Positions 1 through 8,817 of a DNA stretch of 64,000 bases are shown one piece after another (position 1 is the stretch's first letter; the number at the start of each line of letters is the position of its first letter). Source of the stretch: a virus (lineage: Duplodnaviria > Caudoviricetes); the IMG/VR virus record IMGVR_UViG_3300036966_000119, positions 32,001 through 96,000 of that record. One strand, 5' to 3'. The notes below the pieces were generated by a model. The model ran no database searches. It had not been told where the DNA came from and worked only from the letters and a program-made list of their open reading frames with translations. The translations under genes were made by a program, and so were the position numbers.

Positions 1-215
1 AAGCGGACATTACAGCTTTGGGTATTCCAGCAGTTGAGGCATCGTCTACAAATGGAAAGATCAAGATAAATGATATTGATACAACGGTATATACACACCC
101 AGCATATACAGCAAAAACTTCAGGTTTGTATAAAGTGACTGTAGATACAACAGGACATGTTTCTGAGGCAACAGCTGTTGCTAAAGCGGACATTACAGCT
201 TTGGGTATTCCAGCA
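1..215 (+). repeat. 32-bp exact direct repeat (1-32 and 184-215), 183-bp period
   Basis: AAGCGGACATTACAGCTTTGGGTATTCCAGCA occurs twice in frame. Confidence 0.9.
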
Positions 216-389
216 CAAGACACATGGGTTGACATGACAGCGGCAACTGCATCAGCATCTGGTACTCGTGGTACTGTTCAACCACCCGCTGGAGCACAGA
301 CAAAGTATCTTCGTGGTGACAACACATGGGTTGATCCAATTGATGATATTGGTATACTCACGTTGCATTGTACAAATGGTACAGATTGA
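1..389 (+). CDS. Tail fibre/adhesin-like repeat protein, C-terminal part (gene starts before the window)
   Basis: Frame is open from base 3 (ADITALGIPAVE...). Repeat unit HPAYTAKTSGLYKVTVDTTGHV...KADITALGIPA and YLRGDNTW are typical of Thr/Gly-rich phage fibre repeats. Confidence 0.6.
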   Translation, partial: ADITALGIPAVEASSTNGKIKINDIDTTVYTHPAYTAKTSGLYKVTVDTTGHVSEATAVAKADITALGIPAQDTWVDMTAATASASGTRGTVQPPAGAQTKYLRGDNTWVDPIDDIGILTLHCTNGTD

Positions 390-401
390 TGAAATTAATA
401 T

Positions 402-422
402 ACCGGGGCATAATGCCCCGGT
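402..422. terminator. GC-rich hairpin terminator
   Basis: ACCGGGGCAT-A-ATGCCCCGGT followed by a T-rich tract. Confidence 0.75.
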
Positions 423-493
423 TTACTTTCTTTTATTATGGTATTGGACGATAATGTAAGCCTTCAACTATTGAAATGAAAGGAGATACACAA

Positions 494-1672
494 ATGTCAA
501 CAAATAGAACGTTCAATGAAGTTCAGTTAGATGTCAAATTCACACAAGCTGCGTCACGCGCTAATCTGACATCTGAAGAGAATATATCGATATCATTTGG
601 AAAGCTTTCCAAGTGGTATGAAGGATTAATTCCTACTGGTGGTTCATCTGGACAAATCTTAGGGTGGAATTCAGATGGTACGGCAAAATGGGTAGCAAAT
701 CCAAACACGAATACAACTTATACATTCGAAACCGGTGATTCTGTAGGACAGATAAAAGTTACACCTTCGGATGGAACGGCATATAATGTTAATGTAAAAA
801 ATATTTCCGCAGGAACATCGACAGGAACCATAAATTCCCTGGCATATTATGGCGATACAACGATGCTCTCTTCAGCACAAATATCTCCGGGAACGGGTCT
901 ATTCTTTAAAACTGAACTCAATGAAGCAGAAACTCCTGCAAGACTAACTACATTGTGCATGTATGGTCCAACATATGGAAATGCAGCAAAAACCCTTATT
1001 AGTGGAACCCAAGGCATACTTTCATACGGTGATGGTGGTCCTCAAATAGATTTCAACACTTCAAGAACTGGTGGACAGGCTGGTTCGTTGATATTTACAG
1101 ATCATGATAGTGTTGCCCGTGGTGCAAGTTGGACTTTTGTTTCGAACCAAGTCGATTGGAATGTCATCTCAAAACGCTTCCATGCTCGTACAAGTATAAG
1201 CATAGGTACCAATCTACCAAATACCAATTACAATTTATATGTTAATGGTACAACAAATCTTACAGGAAATACAACTATTAGTGGTACGCTGAATGTCGTT
1301 GGTGATATAACACAGAATGGTACAACTGTTTCTTTATCATCGTTAGCACATATAAAGGGTATATATGCTGTCAAGGGAACACAATCAGCATCGACTTTTG
1401 CATGGACTGGTAATATAGATGTTTCTGCGTTATATAATGGACTAACGATTGCATACTACTTACCATATTCATCGACATCACTGGCTACTCTCAATCTAAC
1501 TCTCACGAATGGATCAAAAACCGGTGCAGTTAATTGCTACGTAAATGGCACGACAAGAATATCAAATCAGTATGCAGCTGGATCAGTTATAACATTGACC
1601 TACTGGTCTGCTGGTTCAATACGTGTGAATGGAACTGCCACAACTGACAACAGATGGGTTCATTGTGGCTAA
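494..1672 (+). CDS. Tail fibre / receptor-binding-like protein
   Basis: RBS GAAAGGAG before ATG 494. Thr/Gly/Ser-rich, with fibre-type motifs FTQAASRANL..ISFGKLSKW, GGSSGQILGWNSDGTAKW and IGTNLPNTNYNLYVNGT. Confidence 0.6.
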   Translation: MSTNRTFNEVQLDVKFTQAASRANLTSEENISISFGKLSKWYEGLIPTGGSSGQILGWNSDGTAKWVANPNTNTTYTFETGDSVGQIKVTPSDGTAYNVNVKNISAGTSTGTINSLAYYGDTTMLSSAQISPGTGLFFKTELNEAETPARLTTLCMYGPTYGNAAKTLISGTQGILSYGDGGPQIDFNTSRTGGQAGSLIFTDHDSVARGASWTFVSNQVDWNVISKRFHARTSISIGTNLPNTNYNLYVNGTTNLTGNTTISGTLNVVGDITQNGTTVSLSSLAHIKGIYAVKGTQSASTFAWTGNIDVSALYNGLTIAYYLPYSSTSLATLNLTLTNGSKTGAVNCYVNGTTRISNQYAAGSVITLTYWSAGSIRVNGTATTDNRWVHCG

Positions 1673-1707
1673 CATATCAACACAAATTGGACTATAACAA
1701 AAAAATA

Positions 1708-1731
1708 TTGAGGGGGCTAATGCCCCCTCAA
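1708..1731. terminator. Bidirectional hairpin terminator between convergent genes
   Basis: TTGAGGGGGC-TAAT-GCCCCCTCAA flanked by A/T tracts. Confidence 0.8.
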
Positions 1732-1732
1732 A

Positions 1733-2119
1733 TTATTGTGTTATTATTGATACTTTGTCTTTCTTATTATGCAATGTATGCATATATTCCTCACATGCAT
1801 TCTCAAAGTAATTGAAGTATTCATACCTTGAATTCTTTTTGATTACATGTGATATCACAACGATATTCTTTCCTTCAACAGTATACAACAATCTCAGTGA
1901 TGTCGTTTTAATTCTACATTTATACAGAAAGAATCTTCGTCCGTTGCATGTATACGCATCATGAATGAGTTTATCATCCATGAATCGTTCATCAAGTGAA
2001 TGCCCGTACTTAACATAAGTATCTACTCTTTCCTTGAGTCTACTGATACCTGTGTTGATTGCATTCTGTTCTGACTTTGTCAACTTAGTAAACGAATCTA
2101 TTTTGTTTACCACTTTCAT
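1733..2119 (-). CDS. RelE/ParE (Gp49-like) toxin-fold protein
   Basis: RBS GAGGAGG before ATG 2119. C-terminal pattern LYKCRIK..SLRLLYTVEGKNIVVISHVIKKN matches the RelE/ParE beta-sheet signature. Confidence 0.55.
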   Translation of the reverse strand: MKVVNKIDSFTKLTKSEQNAINTGISRLKERVDTYVKYGHSLDERFMDDKLIHDAYTCNGRRFFLYKCRIKTTSLRLLYTVEGKNIVVISHVIKKNSRYEYFNYFENACEEYMHTLHNKKDKVSIITQ

Positions 2120-2135
2120 TATTTGAATAACCTCC

Positions 2136-2636
2136 TCATGTGGGACTGTTTCTTTCCCACCACTCATCAAGTTTTCTTTCTTTTTCTTCCTCGTGATGTT
2201 TTTCAGCTTCAAGCCGTATTTTTCTTTCTTCCTCTGTTTCGATTGGATCTCTTACCAATGGATCCCAACCGAATGGGTCTCCATACCTACCAGACTGAAT
2301 CTGCTCATAAATCATTTCTTCTTTTAACATCCCGAGATCAGCCGGACACTTAAAGTGAGCACCATTCCATACAAAGGTTGACCCTTTCTTGGTCTCGTGT
2401 TTAATCATGTCAGTTATTATTTCCTCGGCACGCGGTCCAGATATAACCTGAACATTTTCATCAAGGTTAACATCATCACCAACCTTTTCAACAGAGAACG
2501 ATTCCTTTGAATGCATGTATACTATCCTGGTGTAATCTTTACCAAATATAGTTACTTGCCTAAAGGAAGTGATTACTACTGACTTAGCTAAGCCAAGAGC
2601 TCCATCATCCTGTGTGTTCTTTACGTGTATCTGCAT
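2136..2636 (-). CDS. Hypothetical early protein
   Basis: RBS AAAGGAG before ATG 2636; first gene after the early promoter motif at 2701-2711. Confidence 0.7.
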   Translation of the reverse strand: MQIHVKNTQDDGALGLAKSVVITSFRQVTIFGKDYTRIVYMHSKESFSVEKVGDDVNLDENVQVISGPRAEEIITDMIKHETKKGSTFVWNGAHFKCPADLGMLKEEMIYEQIQSGRYGDPFGWDPLVRDPIETEEERKIRLEAEKHHEEEKERKLDEWWERNSPT

Positions 2637-2700
2637 TTTAAATACACTCCTTTCATATGACTTTTTATTAATATGACATTTGAGGCACAAATGTCAAAAT

Positions 2701-2711
2701 AATAATATATG
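2701..2711 (-). promoter_or_regulatory. Putative early (virion RNAP) promoter
   Basis: CATATATTATT followed by hairpin TGACATTTG-TGCCT-CAAATGTCA; the motif recurs at other operon heads. Confidence 0.6.
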
Positions 2712-2741
2712 TATAAAAATTATAAAAGGAGTGTATCAATT

Positions 2742-3023
2742 ATGAAAATTACATTCAAAGACGGAAACATATCTGATATTCCAGAAGAAGAAGTCCAGGA
2801 ATATGTTAAGTATGTTAAAGAAAAATATCCCAATGATATTATTGATGAAATAATACTTTCATTTGATGATGAGGGATATGTTAAAATTGAAACACATAAA
2901 CATTCGGTACCATTCGTTCGTTTAAGGAGAATTACAGGATATCTGACAACTACTCTTGACAGATGGAATGATGCCAAGCGTGCTGAAGAGCATGACAGAG
3001 TAAAACATGGAGTGACAGAATAA
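2742..3023 (+). CDS. Stand-alone class III ribonucleotide reductase (NrdD) C-terminal glycyl-radical domain protein
   Basis: RBS AAAGGAG. 93 aa ending LRRITGYLTTTLDRWNDAKRAEEHDRVKH, which is the NrdD RxxGY radical loop plus the DRVKH terminus. Confidence 0.8.
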   Translation: MKITFKDGNISDIPEEEVQEYVKYVKEKYPNDIIDEIILSFDDEGYVKIETHKHSVPFVRLRRITGYLTTTLDRWNDAKRAEEHDRVKHGVTE

Positions 3024-3310
3024 TGAAGGATTTAAAAATGACTTCAAAAGAATTTATCCGTTCTGCTAAACACTGGGTTCTTCACGCAGCAAAACAAGGA
3101 TTAGATCCAACGGATAAAGTTGAATTAAATGTAAATGATGATGTTTATGTGGTAACATATTCATTCGTATTATGGAATCACAAAGCATTATTATCAACAA
3201 CACTTCCCGATGGAAAATATTATGAAGTAACTCTCGATGCTGCTACTGGTAAAATGTATATCGATTGTTATGTAAGAATCAAACAAGACGTTGTTAAAAT
3301 CGGAATATAA
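3023..3310 (+). CDS. DUF6275-like phage protein
   Basis: DVYVV....L.NHKALLSTTLPDGKYYEVT...MYIDCY pattern; TAATG coupling to the upstream gene. Confidence 0.65.
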   Translation: MKDLKMTSKEFIRSAKHWVLHAAKQGLDPTDKVELNVNDDVYVVTYSFVLWNHKALLSTTLPDGKYYEVTLDAATGKMYIDCYVRIKQDVVKIGI

Positions 3311-3314
3311 AAAA

Positions 3315-3339
3315 ATATGGGGGCATCATGCCCCCATAT
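3315..3339. terminator. Bidirectional hairpin terminator
   Basis: ATATGGGGGCAT-C-ATGCCCCCATAT between convergent genes. Confidence 0.8.
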
Positions 3340-3341
3340 GA

Positions 3342-4388
3342 TTAAATACCGTATTTTGCTACAATATCCGGATACCAGGATTTGTTTAATACAGCATATA
3401 TCTGGTCAGAGCGGAGGTTGCCAACACTCCACTGTTTACGGACAGAACTAGCGATACGACTAATCTTTCGCTTACCAACCTTCTGAATGGTAGAAGCAAT
3501 GATGATAACCATATCCAAATCAGTCAGTCCCGAATTCATGAGGCCCCCAACAATCATTGCCTTCTTGACAACCTCATATGTTGTTAATGCGGAAGCCGTT
3601 ATGTCAGGAAAGTTTGCAACTATGGCTTCCATTTCACAGTTTACCTTTGCAAGATTGTGCATTGGTCCCTTCCACTGAACTTCATCAGTTATTCCAAACT
3701 CATTAAGAATTTTATGGAATTTATCGGGGTACTTTATATTCGATATTAATTCTTCTATGTAATCCTGTGCTTCGTCTTTTGGACGGTTTTCCACAACATG
3801 GATTACATTCTTCTTATCGAGAGTAAAGTATTCATCTGATATCTTTTTCCACGTCTGCTTCTCAATGAATCTGTATACCGATCTAAATGGTAATCCAGGG
3901 AGCCTTTCTACTAACTGGGCTCTTGCTGTCTTCACATCAACTCCATCGAAGTTATCAGCGATGAATCCGGCGATAAATCTGTAATTCTTTTCCGAAAGTT
4001 TGTTATACTTTCTCTTTGATGTTTCTTCGACGACCTCTTCTTTTACAGATTCTTCCTTTGTAGGTTCTTCTTCAACGAGTCCTTCTTCCGTAGGTGCTTC
4101 TTCAGGTTCCTCGTTTTCGACCACTTCTTCCTCGATCAACTCATTAAGTTCTTCGAATCCGGGAAGAGAGTTCTGTTGTTCGACAATAATATCGTATTCT
4201 TCGATTACTTTGACTTCTTCTCTTGATGACGTCAGCCAGTCCCGAATGGTCTTTAAAGTAACAAGTATCTCAGGCTTGAAGAATCCTATGTCATTTATAT
4301 CGTCGACTGTTACTTTATATCGATTGATTTCATCGACAAACTCATCTATTGCGTTTGCCATGTCTACTGCTTTTCTAACATAACACAT
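3342..4388 (-). CDS. Putative DNA-binding early protein with HNH-endonuclease-type C-terminal helical repeats
   Basis: KLSEKNYRFI...WKKISDEYF module is like those in the HNH at 7688-8785. Acidic linker; N-terminus paralogous to 4388-5503. Confidence 0.55.
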   Translation of the reverse strand: MCYVRKAVDMANAIDEFVDEINRYKVTVDDINDIGFFKPEILVTLKTIRDWLTSSREEVKVIEEYDIIVEQQNSLPGFEELNELIEEEVVENEEPEEAPTEEGLVEEEPTKEESVKEEVVEETSKRKYNKLSEKNYRFIAGFIADNFDGVDVKTARAQLVERLPGLPFRSVYRFIEKQTWKKISDEYFTLDKKNVIHVVENRPKDEAQDYIEELISNIKYPDKFHKILNEFGITDEVQWKGPMHNLAKVNCEMEAIVANFPDITASALTTYEVVKKAMIVGGLMNSGLTDLDMVIIIASTIQKVGKRKISRIASSVRKQWSVGNLRSDQIYAVLNKSWYPDIVAKYGI

Positions 4389-5503
4389 TATCTCTCCCCC
4401 TCTCTAAACATTCCTGCTATGTCGGATGTGTAGTCATTGACTATCTGTGATATGAAATCGTATCCGATATCACATCCGAAAGTATTCTTTACGACATTGG
4501 ATATCTTCTTGACATCATTAGCCTTGTTGATGCCAATAACATCCATTGCCATAAATACTGTTATGACCTTCTCATCCAAAGATAAAGCATCACCACGCTT
4601 TATCTTATCACGGATAAGTTCCCCAGTGAGTTTCTTATCACCGGACATTCTGAAGAAACCACCTACATCCATTCCCTGGTTTGCATCAGTATCCACAGCC
4701 ATTGCGTCTGTTCGTGGATATATCTTACCAGAGAGATTCACGAAGAACATATCCGATATTTCCGTGAATAACTTCTTATCTCTAATCTGTTCAACCGATG
4801 CTTTTGATACGGAAGGATATGCATCTTCATACAGTGGCATGATCTTTTCGATGTCGCCATCGTACTGTAAGATTCTGCGACATATGTCTTCGATCATGTA
4901 ACGTCGTGTCTCCACGTATTCTCCTGTCGGCTTCTTCCAGTAGATATTGTCTACCTTCAGATTGCGACGATCTCCATCTTTGAACTCAATGATGAAGTCC
5001 GAAGACCTATCGGGTGATCTAATTTGGAAAGCCTTTGCGACAAGAACAGCCACTCTTCTGGTGTCTCTGGATACATCTGATCCAAGAGAAATCCTCATGT
5101 CACCATCACGAAGATGCTGTTTCATGAGTTTCTTGGAATCAATGTTCCAGACATGACCATAGTTTGAGACCATGAGATTCATGTCTCTTACTTTACGCCA
5201 ATCGGCGTCTGGAGCCACAGCTAACCATGGCTCTTTATCTGAGACAGTCTTAATTACTTCAGTTGTCTCAGTTGTCTCAGTTGTCTCAGTTGTCTCAGTT
5301 GTCTCAGTTGTAGCAGTAGTAGGAATATCAACTTCAAATGTTACGTCGTTATTTATCCAACGATTCAGGAAGTCAATATTGTCTGCTAAATGAGGATTTA
5401 ATTCTCCGAGGATTATTAAATCACTCATGGGAACAGTCATGTCAATTTTACTCGTAAAGTCTTCAAGTACTTTACAAACTTTTATTGCTTGTTTTAGTTC
5501 CAT
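4388..5503 (-). CDS. Degenerate NUMOD4-HNH protein (catalytic His absent), putative regulator
   Basis: WRKV...VSNYGHVWN (NUMOD4), VAVLVAKAF, IEFKDGDRRNLKVDNIYW (HNH-like with F in place of H), FTEISDMFF module; RBS GGAGG. Confidence 0.65.
   Translation of the reverse strand: MELKQAIKVCKVLEDFTSKIDMTVPMSDLIILGELNPHLADNIDFLNRWINNDVTFEVDIPTTATTETTETTETTETTETTEVIKTVSDKEPWLAVAPDADWRKVRDMNLMVSNYGHVWNIDSKKLMKQHLRDGDMRISLGSDVSRDTRRVAVLVAKAFQIRSPDRSSDFIIEFKDGDRRNLKVDNIYWKKPTGEYVETRRYMIEDICRRILQYDGDIEKIMPLYEDAYPSVSKASVEQIRDKKLFTEISDMFFVNLSGKIYPRTDAMAVDTDANQGMDVGGFFRMSGDKKLTGELIRDKIKRGDALSLDEKVITVFMAMDVIGINKANDVKKISNVVKNTFGCDIGYDFISQIVNDYTSDIAGMFREGER
5259..5311. repeat. 9-bp tandem repeat, about 6 copies, encoding (TTE)n
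   Basis: TCAGTTGTC x5 plus a partial copy. Confidence 0.95.
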
Positions 5504-5521
5504 AAAATTCCTCCTTTGCTT

Positions 5522-5611
5522 TTACATTGTGGAACCCAGTGCTTCTGACAGGTCACCGAGATCCCAATCATCTTCATCGTCTGTATGGCATACTACGAAT
5601 TTATCCAGCAT
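5522..5611 (-). CDS. 29-aa acidic early peptide (not in ORF track)
   Basis: RBS GGAGGTG, ATG 5611, MLDKFVVCHTDDEDDWDLGDLSEALGSTM, stop immediately before the next RBS. Confidence 0.6.
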   Translation of the reverse strand: MLDKFVVCHTDDEDDWDLGDLSEALGSTM

Positions 5612-5706
5612 TGTCTTGTTCACCTCCCTGTAACAAACGCTGGACAAGAGTTGAAATGATATTGAGAATAATGCTTCAATTCATGTGATTCTGTTCTTGC
5701 CATATA

Positions 5707-5717
5707 AATAATATGTA
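5707..5717 (-). promoter_or_regulatory. Putative early promoter (variant)
   Basis: TACATATTATTTATATG; the downstream TTATATG is shared with the copy at 15068-15078. Confidence 0.5.
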
Positions 5718-5758
5718 TATGAATCATTAAAATAATAAAACGAAAGGTTGTGTAATAT

Positions 5759-7660
5759 ATGGCTTCTCTTGCAAAAGAAAAGATTCTTAATACCGATATA
5801 AGTGGTATAACAAAAACATTTCTTGAAGAGATGTTTGCATCATATCATGATAAAGAAACAAATCAATTTCGGCAGTCTACCTTTGTCCCAACAGAAGTGA
5901 TTGATTTATCATCAAACGAATATAAGTGGGTAAAAGGTACTGTTACTACTACGACAGGAATGCTATTGTTTAATAGATACATTCTTGAAAGAACCGGTAT
6001 CATTGAACATCTCGGATATTGGAATACCCCTATTGACACAAAGGGTCTTAATACACTCACGGCAGAAGTTAATAACCTCGCTATCCTTGATAAGATAACA
6101 ATACAACAGCTTGGTGATTATATTGATTCTCGAGATCGTTTGGGCTTCTGGTGTGCATCTTTCTTATCAGTATCAATAACGCCATCACTTATTCGTCCAA
6201 TGGATAATGTAAACAAACGTAAAGCAGAATTATTTAAGCAATATGAAGCAGATATTAAATCAAACAATCCTGTTGTACAGACAATGGCTGTTAATAAGAT
6301 TGAAAAAGAATTGATGGGTATCGTTCGTGAGAATCTTAAACAGGATTCTGGTTATGATTTATACCGTTCTGGTGATGGTAATCTTGATAACAACTATAAG
6401 ACTATAAATGTTATGAGAGGTTCCGTATTCAATAACTCAACGAACAGGTATGATGTTGTTGAGAATTCATTGATGAATGGTGTACAAAAGAAAGATATTC
6501 CTGCGTTCGCAAACTCAGTGCTTGCTGGTGCATATCCTTCGGCCGTAGGTACTGCTGATGCTGGTTACATGGCAAAGATAATACTCGCACTTCTCCAGTC
6601 AGAACACATAGATCCAAATCCTAATTCGGATTGTGGTACTTCATCAACAATTCCACTCACAATAACAAAAAAGAATACAAAGTATGCTCTCTTCAGATAT
6701 ATCAATGATAATGGTAAGAAGGTTTTAACTGACCTGTATAATATCAATAACTATATCGGCAAGACTGTACAACTATATTCTCCACAATGTTGCGAACGTG
6801 ATGCAATATGTGGTAAGTGTGCTGGTAGAGTATTCCATAACCTGGGTGTTACAAACGTTGGTCTTCTTGTTACCCAAGTAACACAGAAAATGCTTAACAT
6901 CAAACTTAAATCAAAACACGACTTGTCACAGAATGCAGGTATCATTCCACAGGAATATTTATTCTTAGATAAGAATAACTTCTGTACCGTAGAGAATGGT
7001 ATAATGATAAATAAAACAAAGGTTAAGTTCTTTATTCCTCGTTTATTAGAAGAACTTGATGAATTCTCTCGTGAACCAACTGTTATTTCTTGTATGGGTA
7101 TATTCCCTGTTAAGTTCTATGATAAGGACGATAATGAGATTCTTTCCACAATGATGATTGTACCAGCATCATTGAATTTCAATTTATACAACGACGTACA
7201 GGAAGACATAGACAACTATATCATTACATATGATCCGGGTTCTGAGATATGTTCTCTTGGTATTCAGAAGAGTGTTGCTAATGTTGAATTTTTCATTAAC
7301 CAAATCTATCTGTATTCAAAGTCTCCTCAGGTGCCATATAATCTTATGACAGAGATGATGTTCCGTTGTCTCGATATCAATGGTATCGATCTCACTAGTC
7401 CATCAATAACATATGAACTTCTCGCAAGACGTGTATGTCGTTCAGGAGATCATTCATTTGCAACAACATTTGGACGTAATCCAGGTGTTGATCAAATGAG
7501 TTATACCAAACTCCCATTCCGTTCAGCAGTTCAACAGGCTGGTGTTCTCCAAGCAGTTCTCTTTCAGGATATAAGTTCTGGTCTCGTAAAAGGATTATCA
7601 GCAACATTAAATGGTAGAGAACCGGTTCCAACTCCATTAGAAATGATAATAAAAAGTTAA
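5759..7660 (+). CDS. rpoC: Multisubunit RNA polymerase beta-prime subunit, C-terminal half (split phage RNAP)
   Basis: Bridge helix GTADAGYMAKIILALLQ, DCGT, Zn site SPQCC...ICGKCAG, trigger-loop region NVGLL...KLKSKH and C-terminal AVLFQD. No NADFDGD, so the N-terminal half is encoded elsewhere. Confidence 0.9.
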   Translation: MASLAKEKILNTDISGITKTFLEEMFASYHDKETNQFRQSTFVPTEVIDLSSNEYKWVKGTVTTTTGMLLFNRYILERTGIIEHLGYWNTPIDTKGLNTLTAEVNNLAILDKITIQQLGDYIDSRDRLGFWCASFLSVSITPSLIRPMDNVNKRKAELFKQYEADIKSNNPVVQTMAVNKIEKELMGIVRENLKQDSGYDLYRSGDGNLDNNYKTINVMRGSVFNNSTNRYDVVENSLMNGVQKKDIPAFANSVLAGAYPSAVGTADAGYMAKIILALLQSEHIDPNPNSDCGTSSTIPLTITKKNTKYALFRYINDNGKKVLTDLYNINNYIGKTVQLYSPQCCERDAICGKCAGRVFHNLGVTNVGLLVTQVTQKMLNIKLKSKHDLSQNAGIIPQEYLFLDKNNFCTVENGIMINKTKVKFFIPRLLEELDEFSREPTVISCMGIFPVKFYDKDDNEILSTMMIVPASLNFNLYNDVQEDIDNYIITYDPGSEICSLGIQKSVANVEFFINQIYLYSKSPQVPYNLMTEMMFRCLDINGIDLTSPSITYELLARRVCRSGDHSFATTFGRNPGVDQMSYTKLPFRSAVQQAGVLQAVLFQDISSGLVKGLSATLNGREPVPTPLEMIIKS

Positions 7661-7667
7661 TTATTAG

Positions 7668-7692
7668 AATAGCCCCCAATATGGGGGCTATT
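7668..7692. terminator. Bidirectional hairpin terminator
   Basis: AATAGCCCCCA-ATA-TGGGGGCTATT between convergent genes. Confidence 0.8.
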
Positions 7693-8785
7693 TGTTAATA
7701 ATAAATACATTATCTTTACATAAGAAATATCTATCGGATATTTCTTTCCATACAAGCTTATGCTTTATTTTGTTAATATGATTGATTGTTATATGAGACA
7801 TATTCATCTCTTTTAATTTGTATAAAACATTCTTTATGGATCCATTCATTTCTACAAGCAATTCACATATTAGGATTACTTCTTCATTACTCAAATATTG
7901 TCTGCGAATATGATGAAAATCCTCATAATTAAAATATTTGTCTGATATGTTTTTCCAACATTTTTTGCATTTTATGACGCTTATTATCCATCTATTTAAA
8001 AAAGGTATTTCATTTTTAAGAGCATTGTATACTTTTATTACGGAGCCATTATGTTGTTTAAGTAATATACATATCTTTTCAACTTGATCATTTGATAGTT
8101 TAGAAAAACATAAATCTTCTCCTGATTTACGAAGATTAACTAATATTGCATGATGTGTGTTACCAATAATATCAGTCCATTCAAGATTTTTCCAATAATT
8201 GTTACCAACATTTCCATTTATATGATTCACTATTGTAAAATCTTTTATAGTATTATTCACAAATGTAATGGCTGCTATCCTGTGTACAGCAACGTGTTGT
8301 TGTCTCTTGTCAACAGTCGTTAATTGCACACGTTTATATCCGTCTTTATCTATGAATGGTTTTATTAATCTATCACCCGATCTTATATTACCCCAAGAAG
8401 AAACGAAGTATCTGTTTGGAATAATATTTTTAAAAACTATCTCTCTCCATTCTTCAATATCTTCAATCCATTCTAAATTGGATAAATCAACATTACGTGT
8501 ATCACCATTGATATGTTTAATTGTGATTGGTTTATTCTCTAATTCTTTTGGAATGGGAATAAATGCTATTCCCAATAATTCATCTATTGGGAATAACATA
8601 AACAATGAATTGTTGATTCTATATTTTTCTTTCACAATTAACATTATAAAATCATATCCATTCGATGAATGATAATCCGCTGTTAAACAATCTACATCAT
8701 CACAATCTTTATTACGAACATAACCTTTGTTTGATATTAAATAACCATCAACAATCATTGGATGTTTTAATGGTTTCCATATCAT
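7688..8785 (-). CDS. Free-standing HNH homing endonuclease with tandem NUMOD4-HNH units
   Basis: YLISNKG..KHINGDTRNVDLSNLEW, then YFVSSWG..VHRIAA..VNHINGNVGNNYWKNLEW..NTHHA; two C-terminal W..ISD.YF repeats. Visibly more AT-rich than its neighbours. Confidence 0.9.
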   Translation of the reverse strand: MIWKPLKHPMIVDGYLISNKGYVRNKDCDDVDCLTADYHSSNGYDFIMLIVKEKYRINNSLFMLFPIDELLGIAFIPIPKELENKPITIKHINGDTRNVDLSNLEWIEDIEEWREIVFKNIIPNRYFVSSWGNIRSGDRLIKPFIDKDGYKRVQLTTVDKRQQHVAVHRIAAITFVNNTIKDFTIVNHINGNVGNNYWKNLEWTDIIGNTHHAILVNLRKSGEDLCFSKLSNDQVEKICILLKQHNGSVIKVYNALKNEIPFLNRWIISVIKCKKCWKNISDKYFNYEDFHHIRRQYLSNEEVILICELLVEMNGSIKNVLYKLKEMNMSHITINHINKIKHKLVWKEISDRYFLCKDNVFIINK

Positions 8786-8817
8786 ATTTATTTCACCTTC
8801 TTATTTAATATTAAAAA

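Noticed and set aside
1660-1710. Truncation or readthrough at the end of the fibre gene 494-1672
   Set aside because: All frames close within about 40 bp and a terminator follows, so there is nothing substantial to extend into.
7688-8785. HNH gene as part of a group I intron in the RNAP gene
   Set aside because: It is on the opposite strand, after the complete RNAP C-terminus and a terminator; no intron core is visible.
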